From assembly GCF_004210375.1 (NCBI RefSeq), contig NC_134837.1, positions 252,617,964 to 252,681,963 on the forward strand: a DNA stretch of 64,000 nt, given 5' to 3'. Both the position numbers and the translations under genes were made by a program. The notes below the pieces were generated by a model. It saw only the letters and a program-made list of their open reading frames with translations, did no database searches and was not told the DNA's origin. Below, in pieces: positions 50,059-64,000 of the stretch; the stretch's first letter is position 1, and each line of letters opens with the position of its first letter. This DNA comes from Tachypleus tridentatus (Eukaryota).

Positions 50059-51150
50059 GATTCCAATTATGACAAGCAAGCGTCTGAAACTTTCTGATAT
50101 TAGACAATTCTATAAGCCAGTTACTAGTACTACAAGTGACAATGCAGATGCAGATAATCCAACAACCTCAAGCAAAGGAATATAAACTTGCCATACAGAG
50201 GAAATACCATGTTCATCAGAGGACGAGTGTGAAAATGCTTGTGCAACATCATGAACCACCAGATAGTTGTGAAATATGTTTATGCAGCAATGAAAAATCT
50301 GACACTCCACAGATACAGTGTGGAAAGCCATATCATCCAGATGCACAACTAATACCACGACAGAAAGCAAAATCTCAAAATATCAACTTCCAGGGCAAGT
50401 GGTTTCATGAGTTCCCATGGTTGCACTTCGACAATCAGACTCAAAAAGTCATATGCTTTCATTGCGCCAGGGCAGAAACTAGAGGCCATTTTACAGGAAA
50501 ATTGGAGAGGCCAGTGGAATATACCTTCATATCCACCGGTTTTTTGCAACTGGAAAAAGGCAAAACAGAAATTCAACGAACACAAATCCTCCTCTCAGCA
50601 CAGATTCGCTATATCTCCAGAAGGTTCACTTGATGTAACTCCAGTGACTGTCCAGCTACATGATGGAAAAAAGAAGCAGCAGGAAGAGTGAAAAGAAGTC
50701 CAGCCAAAATATTCAGAAGTTTACGTTTCTTACTGCGTTAAGGCTTAGCATTACGTGGACATACTGATACGGAGGGGAACTTCCTGCAGTTAATGAAGCT
50801 CCTGGAAGAGGAAGATCCTGAGTTGACAGCCAACTTGTCAAAGAAAACCACAGTCACATCATCCCAGGCTCAGAATGAAATAATGGAGATGTTCAGCCAA
50901 CAAATACTGAGGAACATAGCACAGGAAGTGCATCAGAGTAAAATATTTGCATTAATGGTTGATGGCACTCAAGATGTTACAGGTGCCAAACAGGAAGCAA
51001 TATGTGTACGATACGCAGATGAGAACCTTGACGTCAATGAGACATTTCTTGGTTTGTACAGTGTTTCCAATACAACTGGTGAAACAATATCCTCGACTAT
51101 ATGTGATGTACTGACAAAACTCAATTTACCACTGGCAGGATTAAGAGCAC
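50059..51150 (+). mobile_element. Second hAT-like transposase relic, from a different family. It has a zf-TTF region (FQGKWFHEFPWLHFDNQTQKVICFHCARA ... FISTGFCNWKKAKQKFNEH) and a DUF4371 region (SSQAQNEIMEMFSQQILRNIAQEVHQSKIFALMVDGTQDVTGAKQEAICVRYADENLDVNETFLGLYSVSN). It is frameshifted, has an in-frame TAA (RFLLR*GLALRGHTDTEGNFLQLMKL) and is 3'-truncated by the satellite array.
   Basis: The domain order matches ZMYM1-like hATs. Several frameshifts fall between 50160 and 50800. The coding similarity stops at ...LAGLRAQ, exactly where the 78-bp satellite begins. Confidence 0.75.
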
Positions 51151-51151
51151 A

Positions 51152-54100
51152 AACTAATATTTGTATTATCGTTTGAAGACAACGAACATCCCTCTCAGCT
51201 ACTTTTGATTATTAGTATAATGACAACACTACCAATATTTGTATTATAGTTTGAAGACAAGAAATATCCCTTCCAGCTAATTTTTGTTATTAGTATAATG
51301 AAAACACTACTAATATTCGCATTATAGTTTGAACAGAAGGAACATCCCCTTCAGCTACTTTTGGTTATTAGTATAATGACAACACTACTAATATTTGTAT
51401 TATAGTTTGAACAGAAGAAACATCCCTTTCAGCTACATTTGATTATTAGTATAATGACAACACTACTAACATTTGTATTATACTTTGAAGACAAGGAACA
51501 TCCCTTACAGCTACTTTTGGTTATTAGTATAATGACAACACTACTAATATTTGTATTATAGTTTGAACAGAAAGAACATCCCCTTCAGCTACTTTTGGTT
51601 ATTAGTATAATGACAACACTACTAATATTTGTATTATAGTTTGAACAGAAGGAACATCCCTTTCAGCAATTGTTGGTTATTAGTATAATGACAACACTAC
51701 CAATATTTGTATTATAGTTTGAAGACAAGAAATATCCCTTCCAGCTAATTTTTGTTATTAGTATAATGAAAACACTACTAATATTCGCATTATAGTTTGA
51801 AGACAAGGATCATCCCTTTCAACTACTTTTGGTTATTAGTATAATGACAACACTACTAATATTTGTATTATAGTTTGAACAGAAAGAACATCCCCTTCAG
51901 CTACTTTTGGTTATTAGTATAATGACAACACTACTAATATTTGTATTATAGTTTGAACAGAAGGAACATCCCTTTCAGCTATTGTTGATTATTAGTATAA
52001 TGACAACACTACTAATATTTGTATTATAGTTTGAACAGAAGGAACATCCCTTTCAGCTATTGTTGGTTATTAGTATAATGACAACACTACCAATATTTGT
52101 ATTATAGTTTGAAGACAAGAAATATCCCTTCCAGCTAATTTTTGTTATTAGTATAATGAAAACACTACTAATATTCGCATTATAGTTTGAAGACAAGGAT
52201 CATCCCTTTCAACTACTTCTGGTTATTAGTATAATGACAACACTACTAATATTTGTATTATAGTTTGAACAGAAGGAACATCCCTTTCAGCTACATTTGA
52301 TTATTAGTATAATGACAACACTACTAACATTTGTATTATACTTTGAAGACAAGGAACATCCCTTACAGCTACTTTTGGTTATTAGTATAATGACAACACT
52401 ACTAATATTTGTATTATAGTTTGAACAGAAAGAACATCCCCTTCAGCTACTTTTGGTTATTAGTATAATGACAACACTACTAATATTTGTATTATAGTTT
52501 GAACAGAAGGAACATCCCTTTCAGCTATTGTTGGTTATTAGTATAATGACAACACTACTAATATTTGTATTATAGTTTGAACAGAAAGAACATCCCTTTC
52601 AGCTATTGTTGGTTATTAGTATAATGACAACACTACTAATATTTGTATTATAGTTTTAACAGAAGGAGCATCCCTGTCAGCTACTTTTGGTTATTAGTAT
52701 AATGACAACACTACTAACATTTGTATTATAGTTTGAAGACAAGGAACATCCCTTTCAGCTACTTTTGGTTAATAGTATAATGACAACACTACCAATATTT
52801 GTATAATAGTTTGAAGACAAGGAACATCCCTTACAACTACTTTTTGTTATTAGTATAATGACAACACTACTAATATTTGTATTATAGTTTGAACAGAAGG
52901 AACTTTCCTTCCAGCTACTTTTGGTTATTAGTATAATGACAACACTACTAATATTTGTATTATAGTTTGAACAGAAGGAACATCCCTTTCAGCTACTTTT
53001 GGTTATTAGTATAATGACAACACTACCAATATTTGTATTATAGTTTGAACAGAAGGAGCATCCCTTTCAGCTATTGTTGGTTATTAGTATAATGACAACA
53101 CTACTAATATTTGTATTATAGTTTGAAGACAAGGAACATCCCTTCCAGCTACTTTTGGTTATTAGTATAATGACAACACTACCAATATTTGTATTATAGT
53201 TTGAAGACAAGAAATATCCCTTCCAGCTAATTTTTGTTATTAGTATAATGAAAACACTACTAATATTCGCATTATAGTTTGAAGACAAGGAACATCCCTT
53301 CCAGCTACTTTTGGTTATTAGTATAATGACAACACTACTAACATTTGTATTATAGTTTGAACAAAAAGAACACCCCTTTCAGCTACTTTTGGTTATTAGT
53401 ATAATGACAACACTACTAATATTTGTATTATAGTTTGAACAGAAGGAACATCCCTTTCAGCTACTTTTGGTTATTAGTATAATGACAACACTACTAATAT
53501 TCGCATTATAGTTTGAAGACAAGGAACATCCCTTCCAGCTACTTTTGGTTATTAATATAATGACAACACTACTAATATTTGTATTATAGTTTGAACAGAA
53601 GGAACATCTCTTTTAGCTACTTTTGGTTAATAGTATAATGACAAAACTACCAATATTTGTATTATAATTTGAAGACAAGAAATATCCCTTCCAGCTAATT
53701 TTTGTTATCAGTAAAATGAAAACACTACTAATATTCGCATTATAGTTTGAAGACAAGGAACATCCCTTCCAGCTACTTTTGGTTATTAATATAATGACAA
53801 CACTACTAATATTTGTATTATAGTTTTAACAGAAGGAGAATCCCTTTCAGCTATTGTTGGTTATTAGTATAATGACAACACTACTAATATTTGTATTATA
53901 ATTTTAACAGAAGGAGCATCCCTTTCAGCTATTGTTGGTTATTAGTATAATGACAACACTACTAATATTTGTATTATAGTTTGAACAGAAGTAGCATCCC
54001 TTTCAGCTATTGTTGGTTATTAGTATAATGACAACACTACCAATATTTGTATTATTGTTTGAACAGAAGGAGCATCCCTTTCAGCTATTGTTGGTTATTA

Positions 54101-57100
54101 GTATAATGACAACACTACTAATATTTGTATTATAGTTTTAACAGAAGGAGCATCCCTTTCAGTTACATTTGATTATTAGTATAATGACAACACTACTAAC
54201 ATTTGTATTATAGTTTGAAAACAAGGAACATCCCTTACAGCTACTTTTGGTTATTAGTATAATGACAACACTACTAATATTTGTATTATAGTTTGAACAG
54301 AAGGAACATCCCATTCAGTTACATTTGATTATTAGTATAATGAAAACACTACTAACATTTGTATTACACTTTGAAGACAAGGAACATCCCTTACAGCTAC
54401 TTTTGGTTATTAGTATAATGACAACACTACTAATATTTGTATTATAGTTTGAACAGAAGGAACATCCCTTTCAGCTATTGTTGGTTATTAGTATAATGCC
54501 AACACTACTAATATTTGTATTATAGTTTTAACAGAAGGAACATCCCCTTCAGCTTCTTTTGGTTATTAGTATAATGACAACGCTACTAATATTTGTATTA
54601 TAGTTTGAACAGAAGGAACATCCCTTTCAGCTATTGTTGGTTATTAGTATAATGACAACACTACTAACATTAGTATTATAGTTTGAAGACAAGGATCATC
54701 CCTTTCAACTACTTCTGGTTAATAGTATAATGACAACACTACTAATATTTGTATTATAGTTTGAACAGAAGGAACATCCCTTTCAGCTACATTTGATTAT
54801 TAGTATAATGAAAACACTACTAACATTTGTATTATACTTTGAAGACAAGGAACATCCCTTACAGCTACTTTTGGTTATTAGTATAATGACAACACTACTA
54901 ATATTTGTATTATAGTTTGAACAGAAGGAACATCTCTTTCAGCTACTTTTGGTTATTAGTATAATGACAACACTACTAATATTTGTATTATAGTTTGAAC
55001 AGAAGGAACATCCCCTTCAGCTTCTTTTGGTTATTAGTATAATGACAACGCTACTAATATTTGTATTATAGTTTGAACAGAAGGAACATCCCTTTCAGCT
55101 ATTGTTGGTTATTAGTATAATGACAACACTACTAATATTTGTATTATAGTTTTAACAGAAGGAGCATCCCTTTCAGCTACTTTTGGTTATTAGTATAATG
55201 ACAACACTACTAACATTTGTATTATACTTTGAAGACAAGGAACATCCCTTCTAGCTACTTTTGGTTATTAATATATTGACAACACAACTAATATTTGTAT
55301 TATAGTTTGAACAGAAGGAACATCCCTTTCAGCTACTTTTGGTTATTAGTATAATGACAACACTACCAATATTTGTATTATAGTTTGAAGACAAGGAACA
55401 TCCCTTACAGCTACTTTTGGTTATTAGTATAATGACAACACTACTAATATTTGTATTATAGTTTGAACAGAAGGAACTTTCCTTCCAGCAACTTTTGGTT
55501 ATTAGTATAATGACAACACTACTAATATTTGTATTATAGTTTGAACAGAAGGAACATCCCTTTCAGCAACTTTTGGTTATTAGTATAATGACAACACTAC
55601 TAATATTTGTATTATAGTTTGAACAGAAGGAACATCTCTTTCTGCTATTGTTGGTTATTAGTATAATGACAACACTACTAATATTTGAATTATAGTTTTA
55701 ACAGAAGGAGCATCCCTTTCAGCTATTGTTGGTTATTAGTATAATGACAACACTACTAATATTTGTATTATAGTTTTAACAGAAGGAGCATCCCTTTCAG
55801 CTATTGTTGGTTATTAGTATAATGACAACACTACTAATATTTGTATTATAGTTTGAACAGAAGGAGCATCCCTTTCAGCTATTGTTGGTTATTAGTATAA
55901 TGACAACACTACCAATATTTGTATTATAGTTTGAACAGAAGGAACATCCCTTTCAGCTATTGTTGGTTATTAGTATAATGACAACACTACCAATATTTGT
56001 ATTATAGTTTGAACAGAAGGAGCATCCCTTTCAGCTATTGTTGGTTATTAGTATAATGACAACACTACTAATATTTGTATTATAGTTTGAAGACAAGGAA
56101 CATCCCTTCCAGCTACTTTTGGTTATTAGTCTAATGACAACACTACCAATATTTGTATTATAGTTTGAACAGAAGGAGCATCCCTTTCAGCTATTGTTGG
56201 TTATTAGTATAATGACAACACTACCAATATTTGTATTATAGTTTGAAGACAAAGAACATCCCTTCCAGCTACTTTTGGTTATTAGTATAATAACAACACT
56301 ACCAATATTTGTATTATAGTTTGAAGACAAGGAACATCCCTTACAGCTACTTTTGGTTATTAGCATAATGACAACACTACCAATATTTGTATTATAGTTT
56401 GAAGTTAAGAAATATCCCTACCAGCTAATTTTTGTTATTAGTATAATGAAAACACTACTAATATTCGCATTATAGTTTGAAGACAAGGATCATGCCTTTC
56501 AACTACTTCTGGTTATTAGTATAATGACAACACTACCAATATTTGTATTATAGTTTGAACAGAAGGAATATCCCTTTCAGCTACATTTAGTTCTTAGTAT
56601 AATGACAACACTACTAACATTTGTATTATAGTTTGAAGACAAGGAACATCCCTTCCAGCTACTTTTGGTTATTAATATAATGACAACACTACTAATATTT
56701 GTATTATAGTTTGAACAGAAGGAACATCCCTTTCAGCTACTTTTGGTTATTAGTATAATGACAAAACTACCAATATTTGTATTATAATTTGAAGACCAGA
56801 AATATCCCTTCCAGCTAATTTTTGTTATCAGTATAATGAAAACACTACTAATATTCGCATTATAGTTTGAAGACAAGGAACATCCCTTCCAGCTACTTTT
56901 GGTTATTAATATAATGACAACACTACTAATATTTGTATTATAGTTTGAACAGAAAGAACATCCCCTTCAGCTACTTTTGGTTATTAGTATAATGACAACA
57001 CTACTAATATTTGTATTATAGTTTGAACAGAAGGAACATCCCCTTCAGCTACTTTTGGTTATTAGTATAATGACAACACTACTAATATTTGTATTATAGT

Positions 57101-60100
57101 TTGAACAGAAGGAACATCCCTTTCAGCTATTGTTGGTTATTAGTATAATGACAACACTACTAATATTTGTATTATAGTTTGAACAGAAGGAACATCCCTT
57201 TCAGCTACTTTTGGTTATTAGTATAATGACAACACTACTAATATTTGTATTATAGTTTGAAGACAAGGAACATCCCTTCTAGCTACTTTTGGTTATTAAT
57301 ATAATGACAACACTACTAATATTTGTATTATAGTTTGAACAGAAGGAACATCCCTTTCAGCTACTTTTGGTTATTAGTATAATGACAACACTACCAATAT
57401 TTGTATTATAGTTTGAAGACAAGGAACATTTCTTACAGCTACTTTTGGTTATTAGTATAATGACAACACTACTAATATTTGTATTATAGTTTGAACAGAA
57501 GGAACATCCCTTCCAGCTACTTTTGGTTATTAGTATAATGACAACACTACTAATATTTGTATTATAGTTTGAACAGAAGGAACATCCCTTTCAGCTACTT
57601 TTGGTTATTAGTATAATGACAACACTACTAAATTTGTATTATAGTTTGAACAGAAGGAACATCCCTTTCAGCTATTGTTGGTTATTAGTATAATGACAAC
57701 ACTACTAATATTTGTATTATAGTTTGAACAGAAGGAGCATCCCTTTCAGCTATTGTTGGTTATTAGTATAATGACAACACTACTAATATTTGTATTATAG
57801 TTTGAACAGAAGGAGCATCCCTTTCAGCTATTGTTGGTTATTAGTATAATGACAACACTACTAAATTTGTATTATAGTTTGAACAGAAGGAACATCCCTT
57901 TCAGCTATTGTTGGTTATTAGTATAATGACAACACTACTAATATTTGTATTATAGTTTGAACAGAAGGAACATCCCTTTCAGCTATTGTTGGTTATTAGT
58001 ATAATGACAACACTACTAATATTTGTATTATAGTTTGAACAGAAGGAACATCCCTTTCAGCTATTGTTGGTTATTAGTATAATGACAACACTACTAATAT
58101 TTGTATTATAGTTTGAAGACAAGGAACATCCCTTCCAGCTACTTTTGGTTATTAGTATAATGACAACACTACTAATATTTGTATTATAGTTTGAACAGAA
58201 GGAACATCCCTTTCAGCTATTGTTGGTTATTAGTATAATGACAACACTACTAATATTTGTATTATAGTTTGAAGACAAGGAACATCCCTTCCAGCTACTT
58301 TTGGTTATTAGTATAATGACAACACTACTAATATTTGTATTATAGTTTGAAGACAAGGAACATCCCTTACAGCTACTTTTGGTTATTAGTATAATGACAA
58401 CACTACTAATATTTGTATTATAGTTTGAAGTTAAGAAACATCCCTTCCAGCTAATTTTTGTTATTAGTATAATGAAACACTACTAATATTTGTATTATAG
58501 TTTGAAGACAAGGAACATCCCTTTCAGCTACTTTTGGTTATTAGTATAATGACAACACTACTAATATTTGTATTATAGTTTGAACAGAAGGAACATCCCT
58601 TTCAGCTACATTTGGTTATTAGTATAATGACAACACTACTAATATTTGTATTATAGTTTGAAGACAAGGAACATCCCTTCCAGCTACTTTTGGTTATTAG
58701 TATAATGACAACACTACTAATATTTGTATTATAGTTTGAACAGAAGGAACATCCCTTTCAGCTACTTTTGGTTATTAGTATAATGACAACACTACCAATA
58801 TTTGTATTATAGTTTGAAGACAAGAAACATCCCTTCCAGCTAATTTTGGTTATTAGTATAATGAAAACACTACTAATATTTGTATTATAGTTTGAAGACA
58901 AGGAACATCCCTTCCAGCTACTTTTGGTTATTAGTATAATGACAACACTACTAATATTTGTATTATAGTTTGAACAGAAAGAACATCCCTTCAGCTACTT
59001 TTGGTTATTAGTATAATGACAACACTACTAATATTTGTATTATAGTTTGAACAGAAGGAACATCCCTTTCAGCTATTGTTGGTTATTAGTATAATGACAA
59101 CACTACTAATATTTGTATTATAGTTTGAACAGAAGGAACATCCCTTTCAGCTATTGTTGGTTATTAGTATAATGACAACACTACTAATATTTGTATTATA
59201 GTTTGAAGACAAGGAACATCCCTTCCAGCTACTTTTTGGTTATTAGTATAATGACAACACTACTAATATTTGTATTATAGTTTGAAGACAAGGAACATCC
59301 CTTTCAGCTACTTTTGGTTATTAGTATAATGACAACACTACTAATATTTGTATTATAGTTTGAACAGAAGGAACATCCCTTTCAGCTACATTTGGTTATT
59401 AGTATAATGACAACACTACTAATATTTGTATTATAGTTTGAAGACAAGGAACATCCCTTACAGCTACTTTTGGTTATTAGTATAATGACAACACTACTAA
59501 TATTTGTATTATAGTTTGAACAGAAGGAACATCCCTTCAGCTACTTTTGGTTATTAGTATAATGACAACACTACTAATATTTGTATTATAGTTTGAACAG
59601 AAGGAACATCCCTTTCAGCTATTGTTGGTTATTAGTATAATGACAACACTACTAATATTTGTATTATAGTTTGAACAGAAGGAACATCCCTTTCAGCTAT
59701 TGTTGGTTATTAGTATAATGACAACACTACTAATATTTGTATTATAGTTTTAACAGAAGGAGCATCCCTTTCAGCTACTTTTGGTTATTAGTATAATGAC
59801 AACACTACTAACATTTGTATTATAGTTTGAAGACAAGGAACATCCCTTTCAGCTACTTTTGGTTATTAGTATAATGACAACACTACTAATATTTGTATTA
59901 TAGTTTGAAGACAAGGAACATCCCTTACAGCTACTTTTTGTTATTAGTATAATGACAACACTACTAATATTTGTATTATAGTTTGAACAGAAGGAACATC
60001 CCTTCCAGCTACTTTTGGTTATTAGTATAATGACAACACTACTAATATTTGTATTATAGTTTGAACAGAAGGAACATCCCTTTCAGCTACTTTTGGTTAT

Positions 60101-63100
60101 TAGTATAATGACAACACTACTAATATTTGTATTATAGTTTGAACAGAAGGAACATCCCTTTCAGCTATTGTTGGTTATTAGTATAATGACAACACTACTA
60201 ATATTTGTATTATAGTTTGAAGACAAGGAACATCCCTTCCAGCTACTTTTGGTTATTAGTATAATGACAACACTACCAATATTTGTATTATAGTTTGAAG
60301 ACAAGGAACATCCCTTCCAGCTACTTTTGGTTATTAGTATAATGACAACACTACTAATATTTGTATTATAGTTTGAAGACAAGGAACATCCCTTCCAGCT
60401 ACTTTTGGTTATTAGTATAATGACAACACTACTAATATTTGTATTATAGTTTGAACAGAAGGAACATCCCTTTCAGCTACTTTTGGTTATTAGTATAATG
60501 ACAACACTACTAATATTTGTATTATAGTTTGAACAGAAGGAACATCCCTTTCAGCTACTTTTGGTTATTAGTATAATGACAACACTACTAATATTTGTAT
60601 TATAGTTTGAAGACAAGGAACATCCCTTCCAGCTACTTTTGGTTATTAATATAATGACAACACTACTAATATTTGTATTATAGTTTGAACAGAAGGAACA
60701 TCCCTTTAGCTACTTTTGGTTATTAGTATAATGACAAAACTACTAATATTTGTATTATAGTTTGAAGACAAGAAACATCCCTTCCAGCTAATTTTTTTGT
60801 TATTAGTATAATGAAAACACTACTAATATTCGCATTATAGTTTGAAGACAAGGAACATCCCTTCCAGCTACTTTTGGTTATTAATATAATGACAACACTA
60901 CTAATATTTGTATTATAGTTTTAACAGAAGGAACATCCCTTTCAGCTATTGTTGGTTATTAGTATAATGACAACACTACTAATATTTGTATTATAGTTTT
61001 AACAGAAGGAGCATCCCTTTCAGCTATTGTTGGTTATTAGTATAATGACAACACTACTAATATTTGTATTATAGTTTGAACAGAAGGAGCATCCCTTTCA
61101 GCTATTGTTGGTTATTAGTATAATGACAACACTACTAATATTTGTATTATAGTTTGAACAGAAGGAACATCCCTTTCAGCTATTGTTGGTTATTAGTATA
61201 ATGACAACACTACTAATATTTGTATTATAGTTTTAACAGAAGGAGCATCCCTTTCAGCTACATTTGGTTATTAGTATAATGACAACACTACTAATATTTG
61301 TATTATAGTTTGAAAACAAGGAACATCCCTTACAGCTACTTTTGGTTATTAGTATAATGACAACACTACTAATATTTGTATTATAGTTTGAACAGAAGGA
61401 ACATCCCTTTCAGCTACATTTGATTATTAGTATAATGACAACACTACTAACATTTGTATTATAGTTTGAAGACAAGGAACATCCCTTACAGCTACTTTTG
61501 GTTATTAGTATAATGACAACACTACTAATATTTGTATTATAGTTTGAACAGAAGGAACATCCCTTTCAGCTATTGTTGGTTATTAGTATAATGACAACAC
61601 TACTAATATTTGTATTATAGTTTGAACAGAAGGAACATCCCTTCAGCTTCTTTTGGTTATTAGTATAATGACAACACTACTAATATTTGTATTATAGTTT
61701 GAACAGAAGGAACATCCCTTTCAGCTATTGTTGGTTATTAGTATAATGACAACACTACTAATATTTGTATTATAGTTTGAAGACAAGGATCATCCCTTTC
61801 AACTACTTCTGGTTATTAGTATAATGACAACACTACTAATATTTGTATTATAGTTTGAACAGAAGGAACATCCCTTTCAGCTACATTTGATTATTAGTAT
61901 AATGACAACACTACTAACATTTGTATTATACTTTGAAGACAAGGAACATCCCTTACAGCTACTTTTGGTTATTAGTATAATGACAACACTACTAATATTT
62001 GTATTATAGTTTGAACAGAAGGAACATCCCTTTCAGCTACTTTTGGTTATTAGTATAATGACAACACTACTAATATTTGTATTATAGTTTGAACAGAAGG
62101 AACATCCCTTCAGCTTCTTTTGGTTATTAGTATAATGACAACACTACTAATATTTGTATTATAGTTTGAACAGAAGGAACATCCCTTTCAGCTATTTTTG
62201 GTTATTAGTATAATGACAACACTACTAATATTTGTATTATAGTTTGAACAGAAGGAACATCCCTTTCAGCTACTTTTGGTTATTAGTATAATGACAACGC
62301 TACTAATATTTGTATTATAGTTTGAAGACAAGGAACATCCCTTCAGCTACTTTTGGTTATTAATATAATGACAACACTACTAATATTTGTATTATAGTTT
62401 GAACAGAAGGAACATCCCTTTCAGCTACTTTTGGTTATTAGTATAATGACAACACTACCAATATTTGTATTATAGTTTGAAGACAAGGAACATCCCTTAC
62501 AGCTACTTTTGGTTATTAGTATAATGACAACACTACTAATATTTGTATTATAGTTTGAACAGAAGGAACATCCCTTCCAGCTACTTTTGGTTATTAGTAT
62601 AATGACAACACTACTAATATTTGTATTATAGTTTGAACAGAAGGAACATCCCTTTCAGCTACTTTTGGTTATTAGTATAATGACAACACTACTAATATTT
62701 GTATTATAGTTTGAACAGAAGGAACATCCCTTTCAGCTATTGTTGGTTATTAGTATAATGACAACACTACTAATATTTGTATTATAGTTTGAACAGAAGG
62801 AACATCCCTTTCAGCTATTGTTGGTTATTAGTATAATGACAACACTACTAATATTTGTATTATAGTTTGAACAGAAGGAACATCCCTTTCAGCTATTTTT
62901 GGTTATTAGTATAATGACAACACTACTAATATTTGTATTATAGTTTGAACAGAAGGAACATCCCTTTCAGCTATTTTGGTTATTAGTATAATGACAACAC
63001 TACTAATATTTGTATTATAGTTTGAACAGAAGGAACATCCCTTTCAGCTATTGTTGGTTATTAGTATAATGACAACACTACTAATATTTGTATTATAGTT

Positions 63101-64000
63101 TGAACAGAAGGAACATCCCTTTCAGCTATTGTTGGTTATTAGTATAATGACAACACTACTAATATTTGTATTATAGTTTGAAGACAAGGAACATCCCTTC
63201 CAGCTACTTTTGGTTATTAGTATAATGACAACACTACTAATATTTGTATTATAGTTTGAACAGAAGGAACATCCCTTTCAGCTATTTTGGTTATTAGTAT
63301 AATGACAACACTACTAATATTTGTATTATAGTTTGAAGACAAGGAACATCCCTTCCAGCTACTTTTGGTTATTAGTATAATGACAACACTACTAATATTT
63401 GTATTATAGTTTGAAGACAAGGAACATCCCTTACAGCTACTTTTGGTTATTAGTATAATGACAACACTACCAATATTTGTATTATAGTTTGAACAGTTAA
63501 GAAATATCCCTACCAGCTATATTTTTTATTAGTATAATGACAACACTACTAATATTTGTATTATAGTTTGAAGACAAGGAACATCCCTTTCAGCTACTTT
63601 TGGTTATTAGTATAATGACAACACTACTAATATTTGTATTATAGTTTGAACAGAAGGAACATCCCTTTCAGCTACATTTGGTTATTAGTATAATGACAAC
63701 ACTACTAACATTTGTATTATAGTTTGAAGACAAGGAACATCCCTTCCAGCTACTTTTGGTTATTAATATAATGACAACACTACTAATATTTGTATTATAG
63801 TTTGAACAGAAGGAACATCCCTTTCAGCTACTTTTGGTTATTAGTATAATGACAACACTACTAATATTTGTATTATAGTTTGAAGACAAGAAATATCCCT
63901 TCCAGCTAATTTTTTGTTATTAGTATAATGAAAACACTACTAATATTCGCATTATAGTTTGAAGACAAGGAACATCCCTTCCAGCTACTTTTGGTTATTA
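51152..64000. repeat. Satellite DNA array. The 78-bp monomer is GTTTGAACAGAAGGAACATCCCTTTCAGCTACTTTTGGTTATTAGTATAATGACAACACTACTAATATTTGTATTATA. It spans at least 12.8 kb (about 165 copies) and continues past the window end.
   Basis: Strict 78-bp periodicity is visible throughout. Recurring monomer subtypes are GAACAGAAGG vs GAAGACAAGG, CTACTTTTGG vs CTATTGTTGG vs CTACATTTGA, and a distinct variant ...GAAATATCCCTTCCAGCTAATTTTTGTTATTAGTATAATGAAAACACTACTAATATTCGC recurring every 5-14 units. Confidence 0.95.

Noticed and set aside
53067-63420. Repetitive minus-strand ORFs (MSSNYNTNISSVVIILITKSSWKG... at 53067-53288, 60161-60382 and 63217-63420) inside the satellite
   Set aside because: They are artefacts of a 78-bp (26-codon) tandem unit that happens to lack stops in one frame. 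The peptide is itself a perfect repeat and has no start or splice context.
51152-64000. Possibility that the long regular repeat array is a CRISPR locus
   Set aside because: There are no unique spacers between repeats. The units are contiguous 78-bp monomers with satellite-style variant drift, in a eukaryotic context with spliced genes. It is not CRISPR.

Overview
This is an AT-rich eukaryotic (metazoan, most likely invertebrate) genomic window with no prokaryotic architecture. The left 38 kb carries a long multi-exon gene on the minus strand that I identify as an orthologue of TEP1 (telomerase/vault-associated protein 1). I recover at least 22 exons from the sequence alone. They encode, in order, the N-terminal region, the TROVE-like region (RQFPLQFFSAYQAI), the DUF4062-like region ([17 protein letters not shown]...VDLRWGITE) and the NACHT Walker-A exon (GIFVISGKPGSGKTTFM). 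Splice phases chain consistently across all junctions except one. The introns are full of repeats. These include a tRNA-derived SINE family (5 copies plus a fragment, all minus-oriented, two with clear target-site duplications), several MITE or foldback elements (one with about 113-bp near-perfect TIRs), a dispersed roughly 700-bp repeat and a 38/76-bp minisatellite. The right 22 kb is a TE graveyard abutting a satellite. It holds two different frameshifted hAT-type transposase relics (zf-TTF + DUF4371 + hAT dimerisation domain) and a degenerate Jockey/CR1-like LINE reverse-transcriptase fragment. It also holds a solitary satellite monomer split by a SINE with a perfect 11-bp TSD, and a tandem array of at least 12.8 kb of a 78-bp satellite that runs off the window end and begins exactly where the second hAT relic is truncated. 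I found no rRNA, no canonical tRNA gene, no CRISPR and no prokaryotic-style operon. All coordinates are hand-derived and may be off by a few bases.
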